A stretch of DNA of 64,000 nucleotides from Clostridia bacterium (GTDB lineage Bacteria; Bacillota; Clostridia; UBA1212; DUPL01): NCBI GenBank assembly GCA_050951325.1, contig JBMNIW010000012.1, forward strand, positions 480,001 to 544,000. Reading direction: 5' to 3'. The position numbers and the translations under genes are program-made. Numbering within the stretch: position 1 is the stretch's first letter; each line of letters begins with the position of its first letter. This document shows positions 29,059 to 38,472 of this stretch, in pieces. The notes under the pieces are model-generated. The model saw nothing but the letters and a program-made list of their open reading frames with translations, was not told the origin of the DNA and made no database searches.

Positions 29059-32000
29059 ATGGACGGAAATATAGTTATTCAAAGTGTTAATGCCGTACAC
29101 GGCAGCAAAAAGTTCATAGTCAAGGCTGTTGCTGATACATTTGTATCATACAACAAGATAAAGGAAATAAAGAAGAAGATATGCAAGAAGATAGGATACG
29201 ACCAAGTCATACTCCAGCTTTCATGCAAGGCATGCATGGAATCTGTTATTAATGGAGAAGACTTTTGGGAAAATATGCTTTCATATTTCAAGGAAGAGAA
29301 CAATTCCGTTTGGGCCCTTTTGGAAGGAAGCAAATGCGAGCTTAGAAATAAAAGACTTGTTGTTGATTTGGACAAAAAGGTTGCTGGCATTCTTAAGGAA
29401 AAACAAGTAGACAAATTCATTGCAGATCAAATTAAAATGATGTGGGACGAGCATGTAGAGATAGATTTTTCAGATTGTGATGTGGAGATCGAAGGAATAA
29501 ACACTGAAGTTGTCAAGGTGGATTTTACGTCCCAGGACCATGACAGGGCTATTCAGGAAAGTATTAAGCGCAATGAAGAAAAGCTGCGTCAGCAGAAGTA
29601 CAATGGCTCGAATGGCACGTCAAACGGCGGAAATGGAAACTTTGTACGAAGAAATGGCGGAGGGTCAAGAAGAGGAAACAAGCTTAATTTTCAAGAGGAT
29701 GGAAGCCTGCCAAAGGATTCCAAAGGTAATGAAATTATTTATGGAAGAGAAATAGACATGCCAATCACTCCCATGAAAGATGTTGACGTATACACAGGGC
29801 AGGTGGCAATAAGGGGCAGAGTGGTTGGTATTGAAATAAAAGAGATTGCAAATGAAAAAGCAATATGCTCATTCCATATAGCTGACAATACAGGTGCGGT
29901 TACTGTAAAGTTCTTTTTTGAGCAAAAGGACCTAAAGGCAGTAAACGGGGCTATTAAAAAGAACATGCATTTTACCGTCATGGGCAAGACGGAGTTTGAC
30001 CCATTTACACATGAACTGTCAATCAGTGCATGGAGTATAGTAAGATTCAAGCCTGTTGAGAAGGAGGACAACGCTCCTGTCAAGAGGGTGGAACTGCATC
30101 TGCATACAAACATGAGTCCGCAGGATGCGGTTACAAGACCTGAACAGCTTATCCCCAGAGCATTGAAATGGGGACACAAGGCCATCGCCATTACCGACCA
30201 TGGTGTTGTGCAGGCTTATCCCGAGGTATACAAGGCGGCCAAGAACAAGGATATTAAGATAATATATGGTGTTGAGTGCTATCTGACAAATCAGATGGAG
30301 GAAATGCCCTTGTTCAAGGCAAAACAGTTCAAGTCATACCACTGCATTCTTTTGGTTAAGAATCAGGTGGGACTTAAAAACTTGTATAAATTGATATCGA
30401 GGTCCCATATAGATCATTTCTACAAAAGACCGAGAATACCCAAGTACATACTGGATGCTCACAGGGAAGGAATTCTTGTAGGCAGTGCCTGCTGTGAGGG
30501 AGAACTTTTTAATGCATTTTTGGAAAACAAAAGCACTGAGGAAATTGAGAAAATTGCTTCATACTACGACTATTTTGAAATACAGCCGGTTGGAAACAAC
30601 ATGTTCTTAATCCGCGAGGGTATTTTGAACAGTGTAAAGGATATTGAGAGAATAAATACAGAGATTGTAAAACTTGGAGACAAACATGGGAAAATGACTG
30701 TTGCCACGGGAGATGTGCATTTTCTTGAGGAGAATGATTCCATATACAGGGCGGTAATGATGGGTGCTCAAGGATACTCTGATGCCGACCTCCAGCCTCC
30801 GTTGTTTTTCAGGACTACGGAGGAAATGCTTAACGAGTTTACATATCTTGGCGACAGGGCTTATGAAGTGGTGGTTGAGAATACAAATAAAATTGCTGAC
30901 ATGATAGAAGAAGTGAGGCCGGTTCCAAACGGTTTCTATCCACCTGTCATTCCTGGTTCGGATGAGGAACTTAGAGAAAAAGCCTACACAAGGGCAAAGG
31001 AGCTGTATGGTGAAAACCTTCCCGAACTGGTCAAGACAAGGCTGGACAGGGAGCTTAACTCAATTATTGAAAACGGCTATTCCATCATGTACATAACTGC
31101 TCAGAGACTTGTTGCCGAGTCTGCAAGGAACGGCTATACTGTAGGTTCAAGAGGATCGGTAGGTTCATCCTTTGCGGCGTACGTGGCAGGTATTACTGAA
31201 GTTAATTCACTGCCGGCACATTATTTGTGCCTGGAATGTCACTACAGTGAGTTCCATGAAAACGAGGGACTTGACTGTGGTTATGATCTGCCGGAAAAGG
31301 ATTGTCCCAATTGCAATACACCTCTTAAAAGACAGGGATTTGACATTCCCTTTGAGACATTCCTTGGATTTGACGGGGACAAGGTACCTGATATTGACCT
31401 TAACTTTTCCTCCTATGACCAGGCAAATGCTCACAAGTATACTGAGGTGCTTTTCGGAGCAGACTACGTTTTCAGGGCGGGGACCATTTCAGGTATTGCA
31501 GAGAAAACTGCAAGGGGATATGTTCTTAAGTACATGGAGGAAAGAGGGAAGAAGCCTACCCAGGCAGTTCTGACATGGTTGTCCAGCGGCTTTGAAGGTG
31601 TGAAAAGAACAACAGGACAGCACCCGGGTGGTATCATGGTTATTCCCAAGGATATGGAGATATATGATTTTACACCCATACAAAGACCTGCTGACAAGGT
31701 GGAAAGCGACATCATAACCACCCACTTTGACTACCATTTTCTGCACGACAATATTTTAAAACTTGACATACTTGGCCATGATGGTCCTACGATGATACGT
31801 CTCCTTGAAGACTTTACGGGAGTCAGCTGCATGAATGTCGACATAGCCGATGAAAAGGTTCTGTCCTTGTTCAACTCAACGGATGCACTGAAGCTGGACA
31901 AGGATAAGCTAAAGATTGACTTAAAGGTTGGTACTTTTGGCATTCCTGAGTTTGGAACAAACTTTGTTCAGAACATGCTCATAGATACAAGACCTACCAG

Positions 32001-32829
32001 CATATCCGAACTTGTGAGGATTTCGGGATTGTCACACGGTACGGATGTATGGGTTGGCAACGCCAAAGACCTCATAACAAGCGGTGTGTGTACTCTGTCG
32101 GAATCCATATGCTGCCGTGATGATATAATGCTGTTTTTGATAAACAAGGGCTTGGATAAAAAGCTGGCATTTATAATCATGGAGGCGGTTCGAAAAGGAA
32201 AGGGACTTACCCCTGAACAGGAACAGATTATGAGGGAGAAGAATGTTCCCGACTGGTACATACAATCCTGTAAAAAGATTAAGTACATGTTCCCCAAAGC
32301 TCATGCGGTGGCATACGTTATACTTTCACTCAGGGTTGCCTGGTTCAAGGTGTATTACCCCGTAGAGTATTATTCAGCCACATTTACTTTAAAAGTGGAT
32401 GACTTTGATGCAACCAACATGTGTCATGGAGCTGACAAGGCATCCAGTATCTATTTGACATTGAAGAACGCAGAGAACAATCTGAGTCAGAAGGAAGAAG
32501 ATCAGAAGACAGTATACGAATTGGTGCTTGAAATGTATGCAAGAGGCATAGATTTTCTACCCATTGATTTGTATAAATCCGATGCAACAAGGTTCCTGCC
32601 TGAAGGAAACGCCATAAGGCCTCCTTTGTGCTCGCTTTCAGGACTTGGTCAGTCTGCGGGAGAAAGCATTGTTCGTGCAAGGGATGAAGGCGAATTCCTG
32701 TCAGTGGAAGATTTGAAAATCAGATCCGGAGTAAACAAGAATGTAATTGAGGTTCTCAGACAGGAAGGTTGTCTTGACAATCTGCCTGAAACCAACCAGC
32801 TTTCACTGTTTGATTTTTCATGTATGTAG
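29059..32829 (+). CDS. polC: DNA polymerase III PolC-type, lacking the inserted 3'-5' exonuclease domain
   Basis: OB fold, PHP (VELHLHT, AITDHG, GVE, TGDVH), SRGSVGSS, Zn finger CLEC..CPNC, KVPDIDLNF, KLDILGHD, YMFPKAHA; 1256 aa with no DxETTG motif. Confidence 0.95.
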   Translation: MDGNIVIQSVNAVHGSKKFIVKAVADTFVSYNKIKEIKKKICKKIGYDQVILQLSCKACMESVINGEDFWENMLSYFKEENNSVWALLEGSKCELRNKRLVVDLDKKVAGILKEKQVDKFIADQIKMMWDEHVEIDFSDCDVEIEGINTEVVKVDFTSQDHDRAIQESIKRNEEKLRQQKYNGSNGTSNGGNGNFVRRNGGGSRRGNKLNFQEDGSLPKDSKGNEIIYGREIDMPITPMKDVDVYTGQVAIRGRVVGIEIKEIANEKAICSFHIADNTGAVTVKFFFEQKDLKAVNGAIKKNMHFTVMGKTEFDPFTHELSISAWSIVRFKPVEKEDNAPVKRVELHLHTNMSPQDAVTRPEQLIPRALKWGHKAIAITDHGVVQAYPEVYKAAKNKDIKIIYGVECYLTNQMEEMPLFKAKQFKSYHCILLVKNQVGLKNLYKLISRSHIDHFYKRPRIPKYILDAHREGILVGSACCEGELFNAFLENKSTEEIEKIASYYDYFEIQPVGNNMFLIREGILNSVKDIERINTEIVKLGDKHGKMTVATGDVHFLEENDSIYRAVMMGAQGYSDADLQPPLFFRTTEEMLNEFTYLGDRAYEVVVENTNKIADMIEEVRPVPNGFYPPVIPGSDEELREKAYTRAKELYGENLPELVKTRLDRELNSIIENGYSIMYITAQRLVAESARNGYTVGSRGSVGSSFAAYVAGITEVNSLPAHYLCLECHYSEFHENEGLDCGYDLPEKDCPNCNTPLKRQGFDIPFETFLGFDGDKVPDIDLNFSSYDQANAHKYTEVLFGADYVFRAGTISGIAEKTARGYVLKYMEERGKKPTQAVLTWLSSGFEGVKRTTGQHPGGIMVIPKDMEIYDFTPIQRPADKVESDIITTHFDYHFLHDNILKLDILGHDGPTMIRLLEDFTGVSCMNVDIADEKVLSLFNSTDALKLDKDKLKIDLKVGTFGIPEFGTNFVQNMLIDTRPTSISELVRISGLSHGTDVWVGNAKDLITSGVCTLSESICCRDDIMLFLINKGLDKKLAFIIMEAVRKGKGLTPEQEQIMREKNVPDWYIQSCKKIKYMFPKAHAVAYVILSLRVAWFKVYYPVEYYSATFTLKVDDFDATNMCHGADKASSIYLTLKNAENNLSQKEEDQKTVYELVLEMYARGIDFLPIDLYKSDATRFLPEGNAIRPPLCSLSGLGQSAGESIVRARDEGEFLSVEDLKIRSGVNKNVIEVLRQEGCLDNLPETNQLSLFDFSCM

Positions 32830-32838
32830 TGATATAAT
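32810..32838 (+). promoter_or_regulatory. Probable sigma-A promoter for asnS, overlapping the end of polC
   Basis: TTGATT-17 bp-TATAAT with extended -10 TG. Confidence 0.55.
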
Positions 32839-32891
32839 CAGATATTATAACATATAAACAAGCAACCAATTTTAGTTAAGGAAGGATATGT

Positions 32892-34286
32892 ATGCAGAAA
32901 ACGGATATTGTGGATATATATAGAGATAGCAAGGCCTTTGAAAACAAGGAGATTACTGTTTGCGGATGGATTAGAACGCTTAGGGATTCCAAGACTCTTG
33001 GATTCATAGAGATAAATGACGGCAGCTGCTTCAAGGGGCTGCAAGTTGTTTTCGAAGAGGGCAAAGTCGAAAACTTTGCGGAAATTACCAAGTTGAATGT
33101 GGGTTCTGCAATAGTTGTAAAGGGCATATTGATTTTGACACCTCAGGCAAAGCAGCCTTTTGAAATACATGCCAGTGATATATATGTGGAGGGACACTCC
33201 TCGCCTGACTATCCTTTGCAGAAAAAAAGGCATACACTGGAGTATTTGCGTACCATTGCCCATTTAAGGTCCAGAACAAACACCTTCAATGCGGTGTTCA
33301 GAGTACGCTCCATGGCCGCCTTTGCCATACATGAATTCTTTAACAAAAGAGGGTTCATATACGCTCATACCCCAATCATTTCAACCAGCGACTGTGAGGG
33401 TGCGGGAGAGATGTTTACTGTGACCAGTCTGGATTTGGAGAATGTGCCAAAGACCGAAGATAACGAGGTTGACTATTCAGAAGACTTCTTTGGCCAGCAT
33501 ACGGCTTTGACAGTATCCGGCCAGTTGCATGGTGAGTGCATGGCTCTGGCATTTGGCAAGATATATACATTCGGGCCTACTTTCAGAGCAGAAAACTCCA
33601 ACACAGCAAGGCATGCCGCAGAGTTCTGGATGATTGAGCCTGAGATTGCCTTTGCGGACCTGGATGACAACATGCACCTTGCCGAAGACATGATGAAATA
33701 CATCCTTAAGTATTTGCTTGAAAACTGCAAGCAGGAGCTTGAGTTTCTGAACAACTTCTATGACAAGAACCTTATAAACAGACTTACTTTGGTTGCAAAT
33801 TCAGAGTTTGGAAGGATATCATATACCGATGCCATAGAAATACTGAAGGAACACAATGACGAGTTTGAGTATAAGGTTTATTGGGGATGCGATCTGCAGA
33901 CAGAGCATGAAAGATACTTGACTGAAAAGGTATTTAAAAAGCCTGTGTTTGTAACGGATTATCCAAAGGAGATAAAGGCTTTTTACATGAGACTCAATGA
34001 TGACGGCAAGACCGTTGCAGCAATGGACTGTCTGGTGCCCGGCATAGGTGAAATTATAGGGGGCAGCCAGCGTGAGGAAAGACTCGATGTTCTAGAAGAA
34101 AGAATCAAGGAGTTCGATCTTTGCAGAGAAGACTACGAGTGGTATGTTGAGTTGAGAAAATTTGGTGGAACACGCCATGCTGGGTTTGGTCTTGGATTTG
34201 AGCGCCTGATCATGTACGTAACAGGAATTCAGAACATAAGAGACGTTATACCATTCCCGAGAACAACCGGTTCGGCGAGATTTTAG
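32892..34286 (+). CDS. asnS: Asparagine--tRNA ligase
   Basis: OB fold (FIEINDGS), [58 protein letters not shown]. Confidence 0.97.
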   Translation: MQKTDIVDIYRDSKAFENKEITVCGWIRTLRDSKTLGFIEINDGSCFKGLQVVFEEGKVENFAEITKLNVGSAIVVKGILILTPQAKQPFEIHASDIYVEGHSSPDYPLQKKRHTLEYLRTIAHLRSRTNTFNAVFRVRSMAAFAIHEFFNKRGFIYAHTPIISTSDCEGAGEMFTVTSLDLENVPKTEDNEVDYSEDFFGQHTALTVSGQLHGECMALAFGKIYTFGPTFRAENSNTARHAAEFWMIEPEIAFADLDDNMHLAEDMMKYILKYLLENCKQELEFLNNFYDKNLINRLTLVANSEFGRISYTDAIEILKEHNDEFEYKVYWGCDLQTEHERYLTEKVFKKPVFVTDYPKEIKAFYMRLNDDGKTVAAMDCLVPGIGEIIGGSQREERLDVLEERIKEFDLCREDYEWYVELRKFGGTRHAGFGLGFERLIMYVTGIQNIRDVIPFPRTTGSARF

Positions 34287-34292
34287 TATAAT

Positions 34293-34320
34293 AGCCTCCT
34301 GCAAATGCAGGAGCTTTTTC
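34293..34320 (+). terminator. Intrinsic terminator after asnS
   Basis: CTCCTGCA-AA-TGCAGGAG followed by CTTTTT. Confidence 0.75.
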
Positions 34321-34375
34321 TGTTTAAAGGAGCGTTTTTTGTGTATAATCTAAACAAGGAGATTTTTGTGCAGGA

Positions 34376-35101
34376 GTGATGGATATGAAAGAAGACAAGA
34401 GATTCGCAGTTCTAATTGACGCAGACAATGTATCGGAGAAATATATTAAGCTCATATTTGACGAGATATCAAATTATGGCGTAATAACCTACAAGAGAAT
34501 ATATGGTGACTGGACCATGCCTACCTTGAGTTCATGGAAATCTTCATTGCTTAGATACTCCATAACTCCGATACAGCAGTACAGCTATACAACCGGAAGA
34601 AACTCAACAGATTCCGCCCTCATTATTGATGCCATGGATATATTGTACAGTGGCAATGTTGAGGGGTTCTGCCTTGTATCCAGTGACAGCGACTTTACAA
34701 GACTTGCTGCAAGGTTGAGGGAATCTGGCATGTATGTTATAGGTATGGGAGAGAAGAAAACACCCCAGCCCTTTGTTGTTGCGTGCAACAAGTTCAAGTA
34801 TCTCGAAGCATTGGCAAAGGATGAGGCAATGGACGATCCTCTTGATACAGTCGTTACCAGCCCGGAGGTTGTAAGGGAGGCAATACGTCAAATTGTTGAT
34901 GAAATATCTGACGAGGACGGATGGACTCCACTAAGTGATATTGGAAATACTTTGGTTAGACGTTTTCCTGATTTTGACGTAAGAAACTACGGATTTACAA
35001 AGCTCACTCCCTTTATTAAAAGGCTAAAGAGTTTTGAGATAAAGTCAGTTAAGACAAGTAATGAGAATATAAAGCTTATATATATTAAGAACAAGGAATA
35101 G
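34376..35101 (+). CDS. NYN (LabA/DUF88) domain protein with a C-terminal OST-HTH/LOTUS domain
   Basis: VLIDADN, KRIYGDW, NSTDSALIIDAMD, VSSDSDF, and FDVRNYGFTKL; start may be 34385. Confidence 0.88.
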   Translation: MMDMKEDKRFAVLIDADNVSEKYIKLIFDEISNYGVITYKRIYGDWTMPTLSSWKSSLLRYSITPIQQYSYTTGRNSTDSALIIDAMDILYSGNVEGFCLVSSDSDFTRLAARLRESGMYVIGMGEKKTPQPFVVACNKFKYLEALAKDEAMDDPLDTVVTSPEVVREAIRQIVDEISDEDGWTPLSDIGNTLVRRFPDFDVRNYGFTKLTPFIKRLKSFEIKSVKTSNENIKLIYIKNKE

Positions 35102-35199
35102 CCAAAAAAGTCAATTAATTAAGCATGATTAGACAAGATTAGCCTGCTGCAGGTGAATATAATGGAAAAGGAAAATGATTTCCTTTGTGAGGTGGAATT

Positions 35200-37614
35200 A
35201 TGTTCAGGAAGATTCTTTTATTGTCTGTAATAGTTCTTTCAGTATCAATACTCCTTATTTCCGCCCAGTCTGGCGGCAATGCTGCAAACCTGTATGATGA
35301 AAGTGCCAGGCTGATGTCGACTTTTGTGAACAAGCCTTATAGTGTACAGTTTAATGCAAGTGCCGAGTTTGATTCAATAGAGTTATATATACTGAATGCA
35401 GCCACAGGGAAACCAGCTACGCTTGAACTTTCGTTGTATAAATGGGACACGAATTATCAAACGACATTGAAGTCAACACCAATAATATCTGAAGAAATTG
35501 AAGAGGGTATAAAGTCAAGAACCTGGCTTAAGTGGGATTTGAACGGGAAAATGCCGTTGTTGCCTGAAGCTGGAGAATACGTTGTACATATTGAAAAGTC
35601 GGGTGAAGGAACACTGACATTTAATGTTGCAAACTTTTCATACAGCAAAGTCAGACTGTATGAGTCTTATGCTGAAAGAGGCGGCAGTTTGCAAATGAGA
35701 ATTAACTACACAAAAGGGGGCGGCGGCTTGGAAGACATATCAGATAATATTGTGGTTTTCAATGAGGATTTTGACAGATATGCAGCAACGGACGGTCTTG
35801 GTAGAGTGCTGCCAGGGTATAAGGAAGCTGGTCCTGTAAGGGAAGGGAAATACGTTGGTATATTCTTTCACACATGGCACGATTGGAATGCATCAAGAGG
35901 TACAAGAAACATAACTGAAATACTGAAAGAGCATCCTGACATAGTAAACGATTATAACAGTCTTTACTGGGGAGATTCGCCTGTATACCACTGGAATGAG
36001 CCTATATACAACTATTACAAGAATACCGACAGATGGGTTTTGAGAAAGCAGGCAGAACTGCTGGCGGAAGCTGGAGTGGATGTAATCATTTTCGACAATA
36101 CCAATGGAGCCACCACATATCTGGATGTTGTGGAAGTTTTACTTGAGGAGTTTGCAAAAGCAAGACAGGACGGAGTAAAAACACCTCAAATATCGTTTCT
36201 TATGAATTTCTTTGAAAGTTCATTTGGAGATACGGTCAAACAGCTGAAGGAACTGTATAACGCAATCTACAGAGATGGGAGATACAAGGATTTATGGTTT
36301 TATTGGAAAGGCAAGCCTCTTATGATGGCGTATCCAGACAAACTCAATGAAAATGATCCTTTGGAAAAAGAAATAAAAGAGTTCTTTACATTCAGACCAG
36401 GTCAGCCATCGTATACCATGGGACAGCAGTTTGTAGGTCAGTGGGGCTGGCTCAGCATATATCCACAACAAGTCTTTTATAATGAAGACGGCACTCCTGA
36501 GCAGATAACTGTTGGTATTGCACAGAATCACAGCAAAAAGAGGGGACTTACCGCCTTCAATGGTGAGAGTGTTTTTGGAAGAACCTGGTCAGGAAAGCTG
36601 GATGATTACGATAAGAGAGAAAATGCAAAGCTTTATGGTGCAAACTTTGCGGAGCAATTTGAGTATGCCCTGGAAGTTGATCCTGAGTTCATTTTCATTA
36701 CCGGATGGAATGAATGGGTTGTAAGCAGGTACAAGGAATGGGGAGGCGTAGTGAATGCTTTTCCAGACTCCTTCAATGACGAATACTCAAGAGACATAGA
36801 ACCTTCGAGGGGCGATTTAAAAGATCACTACTATTACCAGATGGTAAGTTACATAAGGCGTTTCAAGGGTGTAAAGCCGCCGATGGAAACTGGTGATAAA
36901 AAGGCCATAGACATTTATTCAGACGAAGACCAGTGGGCGGATGTCTTGCCTGAGTTCAAAGCGTATCCTGGTAACACAGTACACAGAGACAGTAGCGGAT
37001 ATATTAACAATGAGACAAGAAAAACATATAGATACTCCAATACCACAGGCAGAAATGACATAAGGATTGCGAAAGTGGCAAGGGATGATAAGTTTGTTTA
37101 CTTCATGGTGGAGTGCGTGGAGGATATAACTCCGCCTACGGATGAAAAATGGATGAGGTTGTTCCTTGATATTAATGGCAAGGAAACTGCGAACTGGGAG
37201 ACTTTCAACTATGTTGTAAACAGGGTGAATCCTGTTAACAACAAAGCTGTTCTTGAAAAGAGTACTGGAGGATACAACTGGGAAAAGGTTGGAGAGGTTG
37301 ATTTTAGCCTTAAGGGAAAGAGGCTGCAGATAAAGATACCCAAGTCCATGTTGGGTATAAAGGGTGACAAATTTACCATTAACTTTAAATGGTCCGACAA
37401 CATGCAGGTTGAAGGAGACATAATGGACTTTTATGTAAATGGTGATGCGGCTCCTGTTGGAAGGTATAAGTTCCAGTACACTACAATTGATGCTGCAAAC
37501 AATAAACGAAGTGGAAAAGTGTTTGTATATGCAGGAGGAGCTTTGGTGCTTTGTGCTTTGGCTTTGACGGGTTTTATTATAGCAAGGAAGAAAAAAAGAG
37601 CAAATAAAGGGTAA
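35200..37614 (+). CDS. Secreted, C-terminally membrane-anchored putative glycoside hydrolase (GH99/GH71-like core)
   Basis: Signal peptide; VGIFFHTWH, WVLRKQAELLAEAGVD, FITGWNEW, SRDIEP; C-terminal TM followed by RKKKR. Confidence 0.65.
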   Translation: MFRKILLLSVIVLSVSILLISAQSGGNAANLYDESARLMSTFVNKPYSVQFNASAEFDSIELYILNAATGKPATLELSLYKWDTNYQTTLKSTPIISEEIEEGIKSRTWLKWDLNGKMPLLPEAGEYVVHIEKSGEGTLTFNVANFSYSKVRLYESYAERGGSLQMRINYTKGGGGLEDISDNIVVFNEDFDRYAATDGLGRVLPGYKEAGPVREGKYVGIFFHTWHDWNASRGTRNITEILKEHPDIVNDYNSLYWGDSPVYHWNEPIYNYYKNTDRWVLRKQAELLAEAGVDVIIFDNTNGATTYLDVVEVLLEEFAKARQDGVKTPQISFLMNFFESSFGDTVKQLKELYNAIYRDGRYKDLWFYWKGKPLMMAYPDKLNENDPLEKEIKEFFTFRPGQPSYTMGQQFVGQWGWLSIYPQQVFYNEDGTPEQITVGIAQNHSKKRGLTAFNGESVFGRTWSGKLDDYDKRENAKLYGANFAEQFEYALEVDPEFIFITGWNEWVVSRYKEWGGVVNAFPDSFNDEYSRDIEPSRGDLKDHYYYQMVSYIRRFKGVKPPMETGDKKAIDIYSDEDQWADVLPEFKAYPGNTVHRDSSGYINNETRKTYRYSNTTGRNDIRIAKVARDDKFVYFMVECVEDITPPTDEKWMRLFLDINGKETANWETFNYVVNRVNPVNNKAVLEKSTGGYNWEKVGEVDFSLKGKRLQIKIPKSMLGIKGDKFTINFKWSDNMQVEGDIMDFYVNGDAAPVGRYKFQYTTIDAANNKRSGKVFVYAGGALVLCALALTGFIIARKKKRANKG

Positions 37615-37660
37615 AGGGCGTCGCATTAGTTTGGAATTTGACTAATGCGACAGCCTTTTT
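37615..37660. terminator. Hairpin terminator between convergent genes
   Basis: GTCGCATTAGT...ACTAATGCGAC with a T run on the right. Confidence 0.75.
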
Positions 37661-37664
37661 GTTG

Positions 37665-38291
37665 CTAATATGGCTTCATAAACATTTGTGTCCAGTAAAG
37701 GGTTCCATTTGATTTCTTTGCAGCTCCCACACCTATGTGAGTGTAGGTTTTTGAAAGAATGTTTGCCCTGTGTCCTGGTGAGTTCATCCAGGCGTTAACA
37801 ACCTCCTGTGGAGTCCTCTGACCATATGCAATGTTTTCACCTGCAGAGGAAAACCTGAGGCCAAAAGATTCCATCATATTAAATGGAGAACCATATGTTG
37901 GAGATTGATGTGAGAAGTAGTTTTTATCTATCATGTCTTGTGATTTGTACCGAGCAACTCTTGCCAGCTCCCAGTGGGATTTGAGTGCGGGCAGTCCGTA
38001 TTTTGCCCTTTCTACATTCACAAGTCGTACAACTTCATCCTCATAGGATTTTAATGAACTTGCTTCAGGTATATATATTTTCTGTCCAACATATATCAGG
38101 TTGGGATTTTTGATTTGAGGGTTTGCTTTTATCAATTCCGAAATACCAATTTCGTATTTGACAGCAATTTTCCACATTGAGTCTCCTTTTTTTACAGTGT
38201 AGGTAACTCCCTGCGCATTTGCAAAAAGTGTACTCTGCAAAATAATGATAAGAGCTACGACAATTAAAATCTGTTTGAATCTTCTTTTCAA
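37665..38291 (-). CDS. LysM plus CAP (SCP) domain protein, SafA/YkwD-like and sporulation-associated
   Basis: YTVKKGDSMWKIA..ANPQIKNPNLIYVGQ (LysM); LVNVER, FSHQSPTYGSPF, GENIA, WMNSPGHRANIL (CAP). Confidence 0.9.
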   Translation of the reverse strand: MKRRFKQILIVVALIIILQSTLFANAQGVTYTVKKGDSMWKIAVKYEIGISELIKANPQIKNPNLIYVGQKIYIPEASSLKSYEDEVVRLVNVERAKYGLPALKSHWELARVARYKSQDMIDKNYFSHQSPTYGSPFNMMESFGLRFSSAGENIAYGQRTPQEVVNAWMNSPGHRANILSKTYTHIGVGAAKKSNGTLYWTQMFMKPY

Positions 38292-38408
38292 AATATCACC
38301 TCCGCACTTATTTTTGCTGTTGCTGTTATATATATTCTATAAATTTAATGGAATTAGAAATAAAAACACATGATGTATTTTTACAGTTTGATTTGCTTTT
38401 TGATTTGC

Positions 38409-38437
38409 TTTACAAAAGGACATGTTGGTGTTAAAAT
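38409..38437 (+). promoter_or_regulatory. Probable promoter of the Gfo/isomerase/MGMT operon
   Basis: TTTACA-17 bp-TAAAAT with extended TG, preceded by a 12-bp tandem duplication. Confidence 0.45.
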
Positions 38438-38472
38438 TATCGTAAATACAACATGAGTAAGGAGTGTATCAG

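Noticed and set aside
32830-32891. T-box upstream of asnS
   Set aside because: The gap is only about 60 bp and has no T-box motif or terminator
34376-35101. NYN-LOTUS protein as an anti-phage or toxin system
   Set aside because: A widespread standalone architecture with no partner or defence context here
36919-37626. 235-aa minus-strand ORF
   Set aside because: Shadow of the 804-aa gene with no independent features
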